The notes under the pieces are model-generated. The model saw only the letters and a program-made list of their open reading frames with translations, did not search any database and was not told the DNA's origin. A DNA stretch of 64,000 bases from Octopus sinensis (lineage: Eukaryota): positions 38,006,001 through 38,070,000 of the forward strand of contig NC_043000.1 of assembly GCF_006345805.1 (NCBI RefSeq), written 5' to 3'. Positions 13,341 to 25,597 of this stretch are shown piece after piece. Numbering within the stretch: position 1 is the stretch's first letter; every line of letters begins with the position of its first letter. The position numbers were made by a program, and so were the translations under genes.

Positions 13341-13620
13341 AGGTGTGACTGTGTGATAAGAAGCTTGCTCCCTAGCCACATGGTTTCAGATTCAGCCCCA
13401 CTGCGTGACACTTTGGACAAGTGTCTTCTTCTATGGCCTCGGACCGACCAAAGCCTTGTGAGTCGATTTCGGGGACAGAAACCGAAAGAAGTCCACCGTG
13501 TACATATATATGAATATATATGAATATATATATTTGTGTGTGTATGTCTTTGAGTCTGAGTTTGCAGCGGATGTTGGTGTGTTTATGTCCTCGAAACCTA
13601 GTCATTCGGACAAAAAGAGA
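13341..13620 (+). mobile_element. SINE family A (degenerate)
   Basis: aagcttgctccctagccacatggtttcagattcagccccactgcgtgacac...gccttgtgagt... Confidence 0.75.
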
Positions 13621-14563
13621 GTATATGTGATATAGGTTTTATGTGAAGGCTCATGGCATAAAGATCATGTCGTCACTTCAAATTCTGTAACGGAATGTGT
13701 GTTGTGACTTTGAGCAAGGTACTTAATTTAACATTGCTCCACTCTACTTAGCTGAAAAGAGTAGGAGATGGGTGTTGGTGCAGCTTTTTCTCTCCCCCGC
13801 CACCCATCAGTTACATTCAGGATGTTTAGCTGCGTCATAAGTTGAGGGAGGGTAGACAGTATATCAATGACAGCTCGCGATTACACAGGCCCCGAAAACA
13901 ATTAGCGACGCCATGGTTCACGTCACCAAGTCATATTCGCTGGCAAGTGGCGACTGGTCGTATTCTACTTTTATACGATATTAACTTGAATAGTAATACA
14001 ATACATGCCAGAAGACTTTTGTTTCTTTTCACAAGTCAACAGGTGGAAAAGATATTACATGTGTGTGTATGTGTGTGTGTGGAAAGAGCGAGTGAGTGTG
14101 AGCGTGTGCATGTCTGCGACAGTTCTTTTATCACCATATAATAAGCCAGTCCTTTACCATAATTCTTTGGAGAATTTCTGATTCTTGAGATTGTTGCCTT
14201 CTCCTCACGTACAGATTGTCTTCACTGACATTCGGTAATTATGATTCAGCTTCTAGACGCTAAGATAATTATAATAAACAAAAAAATTGTGCTGTATAAT
14301 ATTGGATATATTTGTCTATTACACACACACACACACACACACAACACCACATGGTATTGATCTTACTACATGGTTTGTAGCCCGCTCCATTAAAGGAACT
14401 TTTTTTGTGAATACCACAGGATTAGTTGAATCTATTTATTGTGCATTAATATATACCTGTGTGTATGTGTGTGTGTGCATGTTTGTGTGCGTATATATAT
14501 ATATATATATGTGTGTGTATATATGAATGTATCTATGTATAAGTATAGATATATATGTGTATG

Positions 14564-14601
<38 letters not shown>

Positions 14602-14604
<3 letters not shown>

Positions 14605-14985
14605 TAGCAGTATCGCCCGGCGTTGCTCGGGTTTTTAAGGGAAATAACTATAAAGCATTTTTAGAGAGTTATAGCCAAAAAATAGAAAAAAAATGGGGAA
14701 AAAAATGATGGTAAATTTTTTTTGATAGTTAAAAAGGTCGAGTTGCGCCCCCTAGACCATCTGTGGTTTGTGTTTCTGATTGTCGACCCCATGTCGAATT
14801 TATCGATCTTTTTCAGAACTGGGGGAACTTTTCAAAATTTTCGCTGCATTAGTTTTGAATTATGATATTGGGCTATGTGTGTGTCAAGTTTCATCAGAAT
14901 CGGTTGAAAGCCGTGGTCAAAGTGAGGGTACAACCAAACAGACACACAGAAACACACACAGACAAACTGCCGTTTATATATAGAT
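14602..14985 (+). mobile_element. Helitron-derived non-autonomous element (Lep1/HINE-like architecture)
   Basis: Begins TACTAGC...CGCCCGGCGTTGCTCGGG. The 3' part has gtcaagtttcatcagaatcgg, a (CA)/ACAG microsatellite and ends ...gtttatatatagat. Inserted in a TA tract with no TIR or TSD. The family name is from recall. Confidence 0.6.
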
Positions 14986-15170
14986 ATATATATTTACACA
15001 CGAACGAAAACAATCATGAAGGGACGCTAGACCAGATCGAAAGGAAAATAGTGAACGGTGGGAGAAATATTTTCTTTGAAAAGAGAAAAGATAGAGGAGA
15101 GAGAATGAAAACGTCCAGTCCTTTGAACGTCCGTACAGGAAAAGAAAGATGGTCACGCGATATATATATA

Positions 15171-15230
<60 letters not shown>

Positions 15231-15827
15231 TGTATGTATGTATGTATAACAAATAAGTAAAAATGATATCAAGGTATTAATGCAATACGGCCGTTCCAGG
15301 CAGCTCCATTTAATCGAACAATACAAGAATTACCTCAATTTGAAATACAGTACCATTTTCAGTTGCAAAATGCAAATTTTCAACAGTCAGGATATTGTAT
15401 TATAATTTTTAGCAAATATTTCATCAGAGCTAGAATGCCATGCTGCTACTAATCTGACACAATAAGCTTAAAGAGAAACAACTACAATTTTGGAATGGCA
15501 GAAGTGCAAACACAGTGGGTTGGGGGGGGGGGTGCCATGAGATTGGTAAATTTAGTTACAATTTTTTTATCTATCCTCTTATCATCATCAAAGGATCTAA
15601 TGCAGCTAGTATTAAGACATTATAAGTTGACAGTTAAATTCTAGTTGCTAGTCATAAATTAATATTGTTAAATATTCTCCCAAACTAGACTGTATGAAAA
15701 CAGCAAATCTCAGAGGAAGTCATTTAGACAGTGGTAAATACCCCAAAAAGTTGGTAGGGTGGGGGGGACATAAACTTTTTTATCATTATCAGTTAAGGAG
15801 GCCTACAATTAGAACTATAGGACGCTA

Positions 15828-16062
15828 CCTGCTTCCTAGGTCTCCTGTCTGACCACCTCTGTCCGGCCTTCGCCATGACTGAGCGCTAGCCACTAAACCT
15901 TTTTATTTCCCCTCACTGTTTATTTCTGTGTTCCTTTCTGTTGAAGAGCGTAGGCTCGAAACGTTAAAGACTTTTTCACTTCCCGAGCGTTAAACTAATA
16001 CATCTGTTTGTTGTTTACAAACCCGTCTTCGTCTTTTGATTTTGTTTTTTTTTGTAAATTTC
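15828..16062 (+). mobile_element. Penelope-type terminal repeat with hammerhead
   Basis: Homologous to the 3' end of the Penelope element at 39308-39520 and to 49307-49530 (reverse complement). Confidence 0.75.
15934..15969 (+). ncRNA. Variant minimal hammerhead (core CUGUUGA, extra A before stem II)
   Basis: CTTT-CTGTTGA-A-GAGC-GTAG-GCTC-GAAA-CGT-T-AAAG. Stem I CTTT/AAAG, stem II GAGC/GCTC, palindromic ACGT. Confidence 0.65.
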
Positions 16063-16094
16063 AAATACATATATCTATAACCATACCATAACTA

Positions 16095-16152
<58 letters not shown>

Positions 16153-16241
16153 ATATAGTTATAGTTATGGTTTCATTTGATACATATATATATATGTATG
16201 TATCAAATGAAATAAGTGAAAAACAAGACGCAAAGGATGTT

Positions 16242-16334
16242 GCGGTACATATGTTTCGGGCTTTATAGAACAACTTATTTTTACATCAATGCATAATCGA
16301 TATAACAGATAGATCAAAAGCCTTCTTCAGCCGC
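16242..16334 (-). ncRNA. Type-I hammerhead (core CUGAAGA), left arm
   Basis: Reverse complement: GCGG-CTGAAGA-A-GGCTTT...AAAGCC-C-GAAA-CATATGT-A-CCGC. Stem I is perfect and the cleavage triplet is GUA. Confidence 0.75.
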
Positions 16335-16560
16335 GTGCCATTGCTACACCAAAGACTTGTATCACATTATAAAAAGTTTGAGAAAAAACCGAGTATCATT
16401 GGTAAAGTATCGAGTGAAAAAACGGTATGGACGATTTCTTTTGGAGTCTAATAATACCATGTACGCCCGTGAAGATTTACAAATATACTTTCCCAATGAT
16501 ACTCGGTTTTTTCTCAAACCTTTTATAATGTGATACAAGTCTTTGGTCTAGCAATGGCAC

Positions 16561-16653
16561 GCGGCTGAAGAAGGCTTTTGATCTATCTGTTATATCGATT
16601 ATGCATTGATGTAAAAATAAGTTGTTCTATAAAGCCCGAAACATATGTACCAC
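16561..16653 (+). ncRNA. Type-I hammerhead (core CUGAAGA), right arm
   Basis: GCGG-CTGAAGA-A-GGCTTT...AAAGCC-C-GAAA-CATATGT-A-CCAC; one mismatch in stem I. Confidence 0.7.
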
Positions 16654-17086
16654 AACATCCTTTGCGCCTTGTTTTTCATTTATTTCATTTGATACATATA
16701 TCCCATCACCTATGCTACTAGCTGACATATACAGGTGCTTACATTTATCAAGTATTCACCCTGAATTTATTGTACCTATATATATATATATAATTTAAGG
16801 TACATTCCGAGCTCGTTCACCCTTAGAATTACCAAATAGCCGGAAGCATTACGGTATACTTCCAAGTCTAGCTTTGCCCATTCGTTGTGTTTGCATCGAA
16901 GTCGAAGGTTCTGTAACTAACAATTGAATATCACCTGAAGAAATACAACTGGATCCCATTTTACAGGTAAACCGTTGTATAATCAAATTCCTGTACATAT
17001 GAAGAACTATGTTGTATGGAAGCAAGTGTAGGGATTAAAAAATAACTGTCTAACCGTAATCCTTCTTGTTGACACTATCTTATTCA

Positions 17087-17142
<56 letters not shown>

Positions 17143-17189
17143 TCGGGGTGAGTACTTGATAATTATAAGCACACGTATACACAGGTGCT

Positions 17190-17255
<66 letters not shown>

Positions 17256-17523
17256 ACTATAAATAAGGGTATCTGAGAGACACCACCAAGCCGAAATAGC
17301 AGTCAAAACCCTGACTCTAAAACCCACCTTAGTTGAAAAAATTATTACCCTTGTATGATATTTATTCCCATACTGGCCACTTGATAATATCGATATTTAA
17401 ATATCGATATTATCCTTATTTATAAATAAATAAATAAATAAATAAATATATATATATATATATATAATATATATATATGTGCGTGTGTGTGTGTGTATGT
17501 ATATATGTCTGTGTGTATATGTA

Positions 17524-17578
<55 letters not shown>

Positions 17579-17600
17579 TATATATACATACACATATGAA

Positions 17601-17920
17601 GGCGCGTGACTTAGTGGTTTTGGCAATCGGTTCATGATCATGAGGTTGTGTGTTCAATTCCCGGCGACGCGTTGTGTCCTTTGAGCAAGACACTTTATTT
17701 CACCTTGTTCCAGTCCACTCTACTGACAAAAATGAGTGGTACCTGTATTTCAAAGGGCCAGCCTTGTCACATTCTGTGTCATACTGAATCTCCCCGAGAC
17801 CTACGTTAAGGGTACACCTGTCTGAGGAGTGCTCAGCCACTTGCACGTTAATTTCACGAGCAGGCTGTTCCGTTGATCGGATCAACTGGAAACTTCGTCG
17901 TCATAACCGACGGAGTGCTC
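17601..17920 (+). mobile_element. Chimeric tRNA-derived SINE
   Basis: The head (to ~17738) aligns with the reverse complement of the high-coordinate end of 44130-44470. The tail gtacctgtatttcaaagggccagcc...gatcggatcaactgg aligns with 61065-61433. Confidence 0.85.
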
Positions 17921-17925
17921 CTATA

Positions 17926-17970
<45 letters not shown>

Positions 17971-18329
17971 GCGCATACACACACATATGTGCACAAACGA
18001 ATATATACATACAAGCACACACATATATAACTACATTAATATATACATATATACATACATACATACGTAAATGCATACATACATATTATTCTCATAGGAT
18101 AATAAATCCAATGCAAACAAGTAGGATGATAGATACCGCAAACCATTGAAAGTAATTTAATTAACCACGGTTTCGATTTTTATAGTGCGAAGCAAGAAGT
18201 CCTTATAGGGCGAACCCACACAGTTAGATGCCACACACGCACACACATCATACAAACTAAGTGTCCAGATGAACACCAATGATCACTTTAACATGGCGAC
18301 TGGTTATGGCGATGTTTTTTCCGCTACTC

Positions 18330-18720
18330 GCAAAATCTGATGTGCAGAGCTAAACCCTGTTCTTGTGAAACTGTTTAATTTGTCTTTCTCCATCAAGAAC
18401 ATGTCCCAGATATCTACCGACATGTCGACCCCATTTTCTGCATCTGAAAAAGTATAGAAACAACCAATAACAATACTCTACTCTGACGACTGAAGACAGT
18501 TCTCCGTCCCAATGTCCAGAAATACATCTTCTATCGAACTAAATGTGCTGTGGATTAGATTCCTGTGTCACCCAATAGTGATTACTTGCTTTTGAGATAT
18601 TCAACAAAAAGCATATCGTTGCACTTGTCATTAGGAAAATGTTTGAACGTATTTGGCAGGAGAATCTTTTAGATCACTTCTCTGCTTACGAGCGCCATCC
18701 GATCCATGCCACCAGAAAAC
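18330..18720 (+). pseudogene. Old CR1/L2/Jockey-group LINE RT remnants
   Basis: Hand translation gives CAELNPVLVKLFNLSF and VALVIRKMFERIWQENLL, decayed versions of the LK.C..EL...L..LFN and LDI.KAFD.VWH RT motifs. Confidence 0.5.
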
Positions 18721-19409
18721 TGGAAAACAACTTATCCGATGCTCCAACCACTCTGCCAAGTGACGTCCACTTGTCGATTTGCACACTTTAACTAATTAGT
18801 TCCACTTTATAATGAAAAGTCATTTGTATAATTATTTATTGAAATCTTCCACAATTATGGAGTCAGTCCTTTAATAAAATGAGTGGAAGAAGCATATTGA
18901 TTTCCTTTCGTTTAAGTAGAAAGCTGAATTATAATAAAGATCGTTTATACTTGATTTAAATACCCCAGTGTATTACTGGGACACTTTCCAGCTGTAATGC
19001 CATAGTGCTTGCTATCACAGTATCATAAATCACGTACAAATAGGAAAGCAGTTCGGTGGTTTATCCCCTTGCTTGAAATAGCAACCAAATACCCGCAAAT
19101 CACACTCTGTCATCACCCCCAAAACGGATCTGATTACTGTTTGGATGACTCGGGTTACAAACAATATGGGATGGTCACGGTTGGAATATCTTTAATTACG
19201 TGTCTAGTCGGTCAGGATGACTGGGATTAAGCAATTACAAGTAAGCAGATATAGAAATAAAAATATTTTCGGAGAATAATTATACACTGGATAAACCAGA
19301 ACACCGGATGATTTATCATATTGTATTCTATACAATACAATATCGTATACTATATAATATGATATTGTATAGTATACAACTTGTATAGTGTATGCCAGTG
19401 TACTCTCCC

Positions 19410-19994
19410 TGATTGGAACTTAGATCACAGGAGACGTAAGATGTGTGAAGGAGATCGAAAGACGAATAGAGTTGGAAAAAATCTGCATTCTCTGAATTGT
19501 ATAACATCTTGAGATGCCATGCTCTGGGCATCACGACTAAAACCTGTGTGTTGAACCGCTCTGTCTACCCTGTGTTAATGTATGGAAGTGAGGCATGGTC
19601 TATAACATCAGGGATGAGAGGGTGATTGGAGAGCTGGGAAATGTGGTTCTTGAGGAGAATATTGAGAATAGCATGGACAGACAAAGTGTCTAACAAAAAA
19701 GGGATGACCTGGTCTGTGGTGAATAGGAAACTGCTTTGTGAGATAAGGGGGCCAAACAACTGAGATATCTTGGTCATGTGATGAGCAAAAGCGGGTCAGG
19801 AGAATTTAGTGATGACTGGAAAGATTGAAGGGAAAAGAAGCAAAGAAAGGAGAAGAATGATATTCTTTGAGGAATTGGTTGGAAGAAAGAAGCATTAAAC
19901 ATCAGGAAGTGGAACTGTTACAGGAAACGAAGAATTGTGACAGTTTGTGATCACCTATGTCTTACATTACGGACATGGTGCCTAAAGAGAGAGA
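19410..19994 (+). mobile_element. RTE-clade LINE 3' fragment (frameshifted)
   Basis: ITGDVRCVKEIERRI...VYPVLMYGSEAW...EMWFLRRILRIAWTDKVSN...QLRYLGHVM...TGKIEGKRSKERRR, ending ggacatggtgcctaaagagagaga. Confidence 0.85.
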
Positions 19995-20324
19995 TACCAG
20001 TGTATAGTTTAAAATGTCTCCAGTATATATTATAGGACAATCTAAGACTCTACAGTTTGTATTGGAGCGCAGTGTACAATGCTGTAGATTTCATAATACC
20101 GCGCAATCTATAGATGTAGAGTGTTAGAATACTCTACTGCTTACGAACTGTACACTCCATCAAACCGAGCGCTTTGTAACACTGTACAGTCTGTAATCGT
20201 GTTTAAACTATCATACTGTAATCTTATAATATTGTGTAAGATATAAAAACCGTGAAGTTTGTAAGACTTGTACATCTTACAAACTGTACAATCTTTAATA
20301 CTGTACAATCTGAAAGGGTTTCAG

Positions 20325-20851
20325 GGTTTGGCACAATGCTAGCAATTTTAGGGGAAAGCGGTTTAGTCAGTTACATCGACAGCAGTGATGATTTGGTTCT
20401 TATTTTAACGACTTCTGAAGGATGAAAGGTAAAGTGGACATCGACGGCATTTGAACTCAAAACGCAAAGAACCGGAAGAAATGCCGCTAAGCATATTTAT
20501 CCGACATGCTAACAGATCTGCCAGCTCACAGCCTTTGTAGTAGTGTAGAGTTTCTACTGTATCATTTCCAATGTTCTACAACCCACAATACTGTGCATTC
20601 TTGTGCAGCCTATAGACTGTACGATCGCTAAGTTATAGTTTTAAATAGTATACAGAGTATATAGTTTATAATGAATTCAAATCTTGGCACAAGACCAGCA
20701 CTTTTTAGGGGAGGTTGGGATAAAAGTACTAGACTGGTATTTATTTTGAAGACCCCTAAAGGATGAAAGGCAAATTCGAACTCAGCGTAATTTGAATTCA
20801 GAAAAAACGCCATCAAAGCTTGACCGAGGCGCTAACGACTTCACCACCTCA
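20325..20851 (-). mobile_element. Two degenerate SINE family B copies (20325-20533, 20671-20851)
   Basis: Both contain ggatgaaaggcaaa(g)tcga...gaatttgaactcag, the reverse complement of the family B central domain. Confidence 0.75.
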
Positions 20852-20933
20852 CTGCTGCTACTGCTGCTTCTACTACTACTGATGCTACTACCACTGATCC
20901 TACTACTACTACTACTGCTGCTACCACCACTGA

Positions 20934-20964
<31 letters not shown>

Positions 20965-20968
20965 ACTA

Positions 20969-21060
<92 letters not shown>

Positions 21061-21419
21061 GCCACCACCACCCAGTGAGAGGTAGGTTAAAACCACCGCA
21101 TTGACCGACATATCAGATGCGCTTGTTTATAATTCTAAATGTGATCAAAAACTCCCCAGCGTCCAATGCGATCGAATTACGAATGGGAAACCAAGTGCCA
21201 TAGACCAAGGAGCCAGACGAGTCTGCTGAGCCCAAGTTTAGAATAAGCATATGCGCTCGTTACCCATTGAGTCTGTTTTCGATCGCATTGTCTACATAGA
21301 CGCGTTCGGTGTTTACTAAACGACGTAACTTGCGGTGCTGGCTCTGAACTCCATAGGAAATCCATAGAGATAAACTTAAGAGTGAATGTACTCGACTGCT
21401 AACCCAAGGTAAGACATAC

Positions 21420-21649
21420 CTATTTCTTTACTACCCACAATGGGCTAAACACATAGGGGACAAACAAGGACAGACAAACGGATTAAGTCGATTATATCGA
21501 CCCCAGTGCGTAACTGGTACTTAATTTATCGACCCCGAAAGGATGAAAGGCAAAGTCGACCTCGGCGGAATTTGAACCCAGAACGTAACGGCTGACGAAA
21601 TACGGCTACGCATTTCGCCCGACGTGCTAACGTTTCTGCCAGCTCGCCG
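21420..21649 (-). mobile_element. Young SINE family B copy with 17-bp TSD
   Basis: CCCAAGGTAAGACATAC is duplicated at 21403-21419 and 21650-21666. Reverse complement starts gcggcgagctggcagaaacgttagcacgtcgggcgaaatg. Confidence 0.92.
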
Positions 21650-21760
21650 CCCAAGGTAAGACATACTATTGACCTGTGACCCTTTGAATATGCTTCATAC
21701 TACATTACGGTTGCAAAACCAAATACTGTGCTGTTGCCAGTAATTAATATTCAAATATTG

Positions 21761-22137
21761 ATTTCAAATTTTAGCAAAGGGCCAGCAATATCCAGGAGAA
21801 AGGAGTGTGTTGAACTAGGACTTCCGTTATCGACCCCGAAAGGATGAAAGGTAAAGTCGACCCCGGAGGAATTTGAACTCAGAATGTAAAGAAGGATGAA
21901 ATGCCTCTAAGCATTTTGGCTGACGTGCTAGCGTTTCTTTTCTACTCTAGGCACAAGGCCCGAAATTTTGGGGAAGGGGCCAGTACGACACCTGTACGCA
22001 AATGGTACTTAATTTATCGATCCCGAAAGGATGAAAGGCAAAGTCGACCTCAGTAGAATTTGAACCCAGAACGTAAAGAAGGATGAAATGCCCCTAAGCA
22101 TTTTGGCTGGCGTGCTAACGATTCTGCCAGTTCGCCA
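21761..22137 (-). mobile_element. Two tandem SINE family B copies
   Basis: atcga(c/t)cccgaaaggatgaaagg(t/c)aaagtcgacc...gaatttgaac occurs twice. Confidence 0.8.
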
Positions 22138-22222
22138 CCTTAATTAATATGAAAATCCTGTAAATAATAATAATGGTATTTTTATATAAGCTTAAAGCTT
22201 ATGGCGATCACCGTGCAATATA

Positions 22223-22597
22223 GGCGCGGGAGTGGCTATGTGGTAAGTAGCTTGCTTACCAACCACATAGTTACGGGTCCAGTCCCACTGCCTCGGGCCG
22301 ACCAAAGCCTTGTGAGTGGATTTGATTGACGGAAGCTGAAAGAAGCCCGTCGTATATATGTATATATATGTGTATGTGTGTGTATATGTTTCTGTGTTTA
22401 TATTTGTCCCTATTTCCCCCAACATCACTTGACAACCGAGGTTGGTGTGTTTACGTCACCGTAATTAGCTGTTCGGCAAAAGAGAACGATAGGATAAGTA
22501 CTAGGCTTACGAAGAATAAGTCCTGGGGTTGATTTGCTCGACTAAAGGCGGTGCTCCAGCATGGCCACAGTCAAGTGACTGAAACAAGTACAAGAGT
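22223..22597 (+). mobile_element. SINE family A, near full length
   Basis: ggcgcgggagtggctatgtggtaagtagcttgcttaccaaccac..., internal (TA/TG)n, then ...gactaaaggcggtgctccagcatggccacagtcaagtgactgaaacaagta. Confidence 0.9.
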
Positions 22598-22959
22598 AGT
22601 ATACTTGTAAAATAGGGTGCATCTTATTTGCCTTCAAGGACGGTGATCTTTATTTTTAAAAGAAATCTTTATTTTCGTAATTACAAATGGCGGTAGTGGT
22701 ACGAATAAAGCCATCGATGGCATTGCTACAAACCATTTCTAAATCCATTTATAACCCTATCCAGGATGAATAAGTCTTTACCTCACCACTCACTTCAACT
22801 ACCGTCTCCTGATGGTGTTGAGAGCTTTGCCAATTTACCGGTGGGAGCAGATGGTTTTCTTGACAGCGTATAATGATTGTAAAATGAGGCGATGACGTAA
22901 TTATGCTGGAACCGTTTGTTATGTTGTAACGGCACAATTACACCCAATGTCGTCAGTAA

Positions 22960-23500
22960 TAACCTAATGGCGTAATGATGTTGTAATGATATAATGATGA
23001 AGTAATGAGGTACTTATGACAATGATGCAGCCTTATTATAATGACCTAATAATTTTGCATTGATACAATATTGAAGAAATGACGTAAGTATGTTGCAATA
23101 ACATAAATAATCTGCTAATAACGCAATTCCGGTGAAATTACGCAATTCTACGATAATATAATCGACGTGTAATAACGTAACATTGTAATAACTCAATCAT
23201 GCCGCATTGTTCTCTAATGATATAATGGTGTAATAACGTAATCCTGTTGTAATGACTTAAGCTTGTTGTAATAACGTAAACATTCTTGCATTGCAAAATG
23301 TAATGACGCAAATCTTGTAATGACATTCGCTTGTTGTAATGATATAATCATATTGTAATGATGTAAGTATGCTGTCATAATACAGCCATGATAAGATGAA
23401 GTAATGAAATAATCATGTTGTAATGATGCAATGTAATAACGTAATCATCTTGTAATGATGTAAGCATCTTGTAATAACGAAGTCATCTCATAATGACGTC
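22960..23500. repeat. Degenerate ~19-bp minisatellite (TTGTAATGAYGTAATCATS)
   Basis: Units include ttgtaatgatataatcata, ttgtaatgatgtaagtatg, ttgtaatgatgtaagcatc and ttgtaataacgaagtcatc. Confidence 0.7.
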
Positions 23501-24174
23501 AGCTCGTAATTTTTTGTTTTACTGAAATCCGAGGAAATGGGTTGCACTCCTCATTTTTACCCGCCCCCCAGACTATTGAATTTGGGGTCATTAATGTTTC
23601 GGGACCAGAATCATGTCATAATGACGAAGACAAGTTTACAACAACGAAACAATGTCGTAATGACGTAAAGAAGCTTTCGCTGCATCAATAAGACGTAAAT
23701 GACAGAACTTCTTGTAGATTACAGATATGGCGACAACTCGTTTGGGAATTCGAAGTAAAAAAGCTACATGTAGTCTTATATTGCTGTCTTATATTGTTTA
23801 TTTCTAGATCGACAAATTAAAATTTTTTTTAACAGAACTTCTGGCATATTGCTTTTCCCGGTTTATGCTGAGGTTATTGTTGCTGTTGCTGTTGTTGTTG
23901 TTTGTTTGTCCACTTGGTTTTTGCGTCTTGAAAATCTTACCATAAGGACATGTGATCAATCATGCAGTCGGTGCGTGGTGGGTTGGTGCTGTGGCAGCCG
24001 ACAGGGACAGATTTGGAGGTTTGTCATACGACTTAGATATGCTAATGTGGTTGTTGTCATTGCTGCTGCGGTTGTTGACACGATACTGTGATATTCACGA
24101 TAGCTGTTTCGCGTACAGTTGTAGTAGTAATAATAATAATAGCAATAGTAGTAGTAGTTGTTGTTGTAGTAGTA

Positions 24175-24210
<36 letters not shown>

Positions 24211-24484
24211 CAGCAGCAGCAACGTTGCTGGTAGTGATACTGGCATTGGTGTTGGATGATGTTGAGATGGTGGTAGTAGTGACATGGTAGAAGAGCTGAT
24301 AGTGAAGGCGGTTGTGGAGCTGTGAGGTCTGTATATGGATGTGTGTGTGCGTGCCTGCGTGTGTGTGCGTTTGCACGCGCGCGGATGCGTGTGTGTTTGT
24401 GTATATGTACACGTATCTATCTATCTTCATGTATATATATATATATATATATGAGTAAGTTGGTTTGTGAAAGCACGTGGTTGA

Positions 24485-24686
24485 ATATATAGAAAATAGT
24501 AAAAAGTGAAAAAACTACAGAAGGTTTGTTTTAAAAGGTTAAAAAATATATATTTGAGCCAATATGTCTGAAGAATGTTATAAATTTTTTTCTTACAATT
24601 ATAACATTCTTCAGACATATTGTCTCAAAATATATTTTTTAACCTTTTAAAACAAGCCTTCTGTAGTTTTTTCACTTTTTACTATT

Positions 24687-24696
<10 letters not shown>
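24485..24696. repeat. Near-perfect palindrome (~99-bp arms, ~15-bp loop), MITE-like foldback
   Basis: 24485-24583 is the reverse complement of 24599-24696 with about 3 differences; flanked by TA-rich sequence. Confidence 0.88.
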
Positions 24697-24726
<30 letters not shown>

Positions 24727-25128
24727 TATATAACATTACTCTCTCCCTCCCTCTCTCCCTGTGTCTGTCTGCCTCTCTCTCTCTCCCTATATATATTATA
24801 ATATATATATATATATATATATATTTAATTTATATTTACAAGGTGTTTAAAAAGTCTCTCCGTAGGGAATTTTTTTCATCCTGACTCTTCAAGAGTCAGA
24901 CTCTCCAAGATGTATTTCAAAACATGTGTTAAAAGAGTCAACTGTGTATCGAAAATGAAGGACGACATTTTCAACAACTCTTATAAAGTTTTTTTTTTAT
25001 CTTGTAAAGTCTAATATATTCTTTTGTACTCTTATACCATCTTATAAATATTTGTTTTGCAATATATTGGTACAGGACGTCAAACATGTCCTGTTATGGC
25101 CATCTCTTATGTATTTAAATGTACACTG

Positions 25129-25199
<71 letters not shown>

Positions 25200-25554
25200 G
25201 GTTTTGTTTTGTTGTTTATTTTTTATTTTTACCGTTATTGTTTTTACGTTTTTGTATTCTTATTGGTGTCACGTATTCTGTATTTTTGTTCGTGTACTTC
25301 GTTCGTTTTCCGTCCTCGTGTTGTATACATTCGAAGCTTTCTTCCAGGGGATCTAATGCGCTTGGCTTAGATTTCCCTTGGCGGGCTGGCCATATCGGGC
25401 AAATCTCAAGATTAATCAGCCGAAATTGCTAAGATGATCTGGTTCTTGACTGATGACTGAGGGCTTCGAATGTCCCGTCCTGTGGTTCATGTGTCGTCTC
25501 TGTGGTGTTCATGTTCTTGTCCATGTCTGTATTATTTTTACTGTTTACCTATAT

Positions 25555-25597
<43 letters not shown>

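Larger units (their letters stand above)
16198..16697. repeat. Long inverted repeat (213-bp arms, 74-bp spacer) made of two divergent hammerhead-bearing units
   Basis: 16198-16410 is the reverse complement of 16485-16697 with only a few mismatches. Confidence 0.92.

Noticed and set aside
22960-23500. Regularly spaced repeats suggesting a CRISPR array
   Set aside because: These are contiguous degenerate tandem units with no unique spacers and no cas genes, in a eukaryotic context.
25370-25475. GGCTG...CAGCC-GAAA stem and a nearby CTGATGA
   Set aside because: The core motif lies downstream of GAAA with no compatible stems, so no hammerhead fold could be built.
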